This document shows positions 61,501 to 64,000 of a stretch of DNA of 64,000 nucleotides, piece after piece. The DNA is taken from NCBI GenBank assembly GCA_020137815.1, contig CM035362.1:5456001-5520000 (forward strand), given 5' to 3'. Origin of the DNA: Hormiphora californensis (lineage: Eukaryota > Animalia > Ctenophora). Every line of letters begins with the position of its first letter. Position 1 is the stretch's first letter. The notes beneath the pieces were generated by a model, which had not been told where the DNA came from, ran no database searches, and worked only from the letters and a program-made list of their open reading frames with translations. Made by a program: the position numbers and the translations under genes.

Positions 61501-62865
61501 GAAAGATAGAGTCAGTGGAAGGAGGAGAAAGATAGAAAGACAGAGTCAGTGGAAGGAGGAGAAAGATAGAAATAGTAGGGGAAGACAGAAGGTATGCATT
61601 TACATTTGGGCGTGTGAAACAGAGTCTAGCTAGGCAAGTAAATGTAAGGGAGGGTTAGAACATATCCCGCTATATAATTTTGTGCCCTCCACGAGATGAT
61701 TTTGTTTTGGTACGCTATAATATATGGCTCCACTACTGCAGACGACGAGAGACCAATGAAGGACCAATGACGCATCATGCCTTCCTAATTTCTCGACCAA
61801 TGTCTTCATATAAGCTGCACAATACTGTTAGGGCTCTTGTTATAGTAACACTACCATTTATAAAGAACAATAGTTCGAATCTAAATATTCTACGAATTTG
61901 ACCCATTTTCTTTTGGCACAATTACCACTGCGGCCATTTGACTTGAGTATCAATTATTGAACAAAAGGAGGGGCAGTGAAAGTATAAAGAGGGGTGGTTA
62001 GACCCTTTTAATTATTATGATGCTTATATAATATAACATCTTCTGCTTCTTCTTAAGAGCAGCTGGTATGTTTTCAGTCCATATAAATTACTAATTTGAC
62101 GGCTTACCATAAGGGCTTTCTCAAGCTTCTCGGATTGGATTATTTTTAACCACATGTTTGTTCCACAGAAGAGAGTATTGGTGAGATGAAAAAGATGTCA
62201 GATGAGGTTTCGGAGATAGTTCCAATACGATACTACAGAAACACAACACGAGGGGGTAAATGAAACATAGTGTGTAGTTAGTTTCACTTTCACTTTTATC
62301 GTTAGTTTCACTTTCACTTTGAGGTAATTCCCTTTTCTATACTTTTAACTAGACACTCAAAGTTAGTTTGGTAGACCGTGTAACCATTCAAGTTTGCATA
62401 AAATCTCTCTCTTTCATCAGATAATTTCTTGGATATTCTCTGACGACACAAAAGAATCCATTAGAATTAATGCTTGCGAGGGAAAATAATTATACAGTCG
62501 TACCCCGATTTACCGGGATGCTCTTGAGAGAGAGAAAGAGGTTCTTCCCGGTAAATCGAGGTGCCCGGTATATCGGGGTCCGGTAAATCGGGTTCCGACT
62601 GTATTATCGCTCCCTGAGATAGCTTTTGCAGAGATCTCTTCTGTAAAGCTTCCGTATCAGATCATATTTATTCAACAACTATCCCCCTCGCTTCGTATCC
62701 TATGTTGTAACTTCTCCCCTATCCCTTCTTTCCTATCCGTCTATCTTTATCCCTCTCTCTTTCGTCAAGTTATCCTCTCTTTCGTCAGGTCTGATGAGGG
62801 CACGAACATCAGCAGCAAACTTTGCAACTGGCGATATAATGGTCTACCTGGACAGTCATTGTGAG
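55532..62865 (+). CDS. GALNT: Polypeptide N-acetylgalactosaminyltransferase (GT27), first eight exons; continues to the right
   Basis: Phase-consistent exons 55532-55606 ([25 protein letters not shown], type II anchor), 55738-55827, 55966-56031, 56252-56385 ([13 protein letters not shown]), 57698-57835 ([20 protein letters not shown]), 58591-58646 ([14 protein letters not shown]), 62169-62255 and 62789-62865 ([19 protein letters not shown], DxH motif). Confidence 0.92.
57499..57705 (+). repeat. 33-bp tandem repeat made of the GALNT branch point, acceptor and first exon bases
   Basis: (agatatttctctaaccctccctcccaattt[c/a]ag)n, ending at the true acceptor 57697. Confidence 0.9.
58726..59198. 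mobile_element. MITE with poly-G/C termini and a 6-bp target duplication
   Basis: aataat|Gn-cctgccgcaaaaatctca ... tgagattcttgcggcagg-Cn|aataat. Confidence 0.8.
60625..61572. repeat. ~34-bp purine-rich minisatellite (gagtcagtggaaggaggagaaagatagaaagata)n
   Basis: Tandem units in a GALNT intron. Confidence 0.9.
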
Positions 62866-62875
62866 GTGAGAAAGG

Positions 62876-62989
<114 letters not shown>

Positions 62990-64000
62990 AATCAAGATAT
63001 GTATTGGGGGTACAGACTCGGCACAGGCAAGATTTCAACACTTTATGAATCACGTGCGTGGCCCGTGAAGAACTGTTACAACCGCCATACCTATCATTCT
63101 TCTATCATTTTTCTATCTTTTTCCATCATTTTCCTATCTTTTTCTATCTTCTTTCTATCTTCGATAGTAGACAGTTGGGTGATCGGATAACTGTTTATTA
63201 GCCTCATGTTTGATATTCAGAGTTTTTGTTATTCTCTCTGTGGCTGGACAAATATATACCCGTCTGATTCATTTGTCCAGCCACAGAGAGAATAACAAAA
63301 ACTCTGAATATCTTTCTATCTTCTTTCTATCTTTTTCTGGGTCAGTACAAAAAATTATTGTATTGTGCTTTTCAGTCCAGCTATAGATTCCGAAGAATTG
63401 AAACTCTATAATATTACCTGTCGACATTCACGGCCACCCACTATATAATACCCACTATAATAGAGGGCGACAAATTGGAACATGCTTCCCATTATTACCC
63501 CCTCCCATTCTCTCTACCACCTCCCATTATTTTACCCCTTCCCATTCTCTCTACCCCCTCCCATTCTCTCTGCCGCTGTCAGAGCATTGTCCTGACCCTA
63601 TTCTCATTTCATGCAGAACCGTGGTCAGAGAATTTGCCTGACAACTATACCCCCATTCCTAAGAGCTGCGTCATGGCTTTTATTACTGGGCAGCTGTAGT
63701 GTACATTTCTCCCTAAATTCTCCCAGCAGCTGGAACACATGTACTGTGCTAGAAGTAGAGTGGTTTTTTTTGGAATTCGAGTAGGAAGATTCAAACAAAG
63801 AAGGGAAAGAAGTTGAAGAAACTTAGATCTGACTATAATTGTACACTCGGGAGATAATAGGGAATGTTTTGGCCCGTCTTTTTCCCCCCTTTCCCCCTTT
63901 ACAAAAAAACCTAAAAAAAAAGGGGGGAATGTACCTATCTTGTAAATTCGGAGGGGGGGGGGGGGGGGGGGGAGAAGAATATAATATGGTAGAATTTTTA

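Overview
This is eukaryotic, intron-rich, repeat-dense animal DNA. It is probably a ctenophore (Pleurobrachia-like), an unverified recollection based on one MITE family. I reconstructed the spliced genes by hand from GT-AG junctions and reading-phase continuity. (1) The 5' part of GHITM/TMBIM5 (minus strand, running off the left edge). (2) Two tandem intronless BTB/POZ paralogues. (3) A near-full-length L2-like LINE whose AUG-less ORF2 overlaps ORF1 in the -1 frame at an A_AAA_AAC slippery site. (4) A ~36-kb minus-strand gene, largely missed by the ORF track, encoding a type I membrane receptor: signal peptide, anosmin/ROS1-like Cys-rich box, about five FN3 repeats, TM helix, CxxC, bacterial-type TIR domain with the NADase catalytic Glu, CxxC, and two alternative tails that both end in PDZ-binding motifs. 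(5) A 5'-truncated CR1-like LINE inserted in a TTAGGG-like tract. (6) The 5' part of a polypeptide GalNAc-transferase gene (plus strand). The introns are filled with hAT and Tc1/mariner-type MITEs, foldback elements, and minisatellites built from branch-point/acceptor sequence. Region ~35.1-43.2 kb looks low quality (GC-rich noise, long poly-T/poly-A). The most interesting candidate system is the FN3-TM-TIR receptor.
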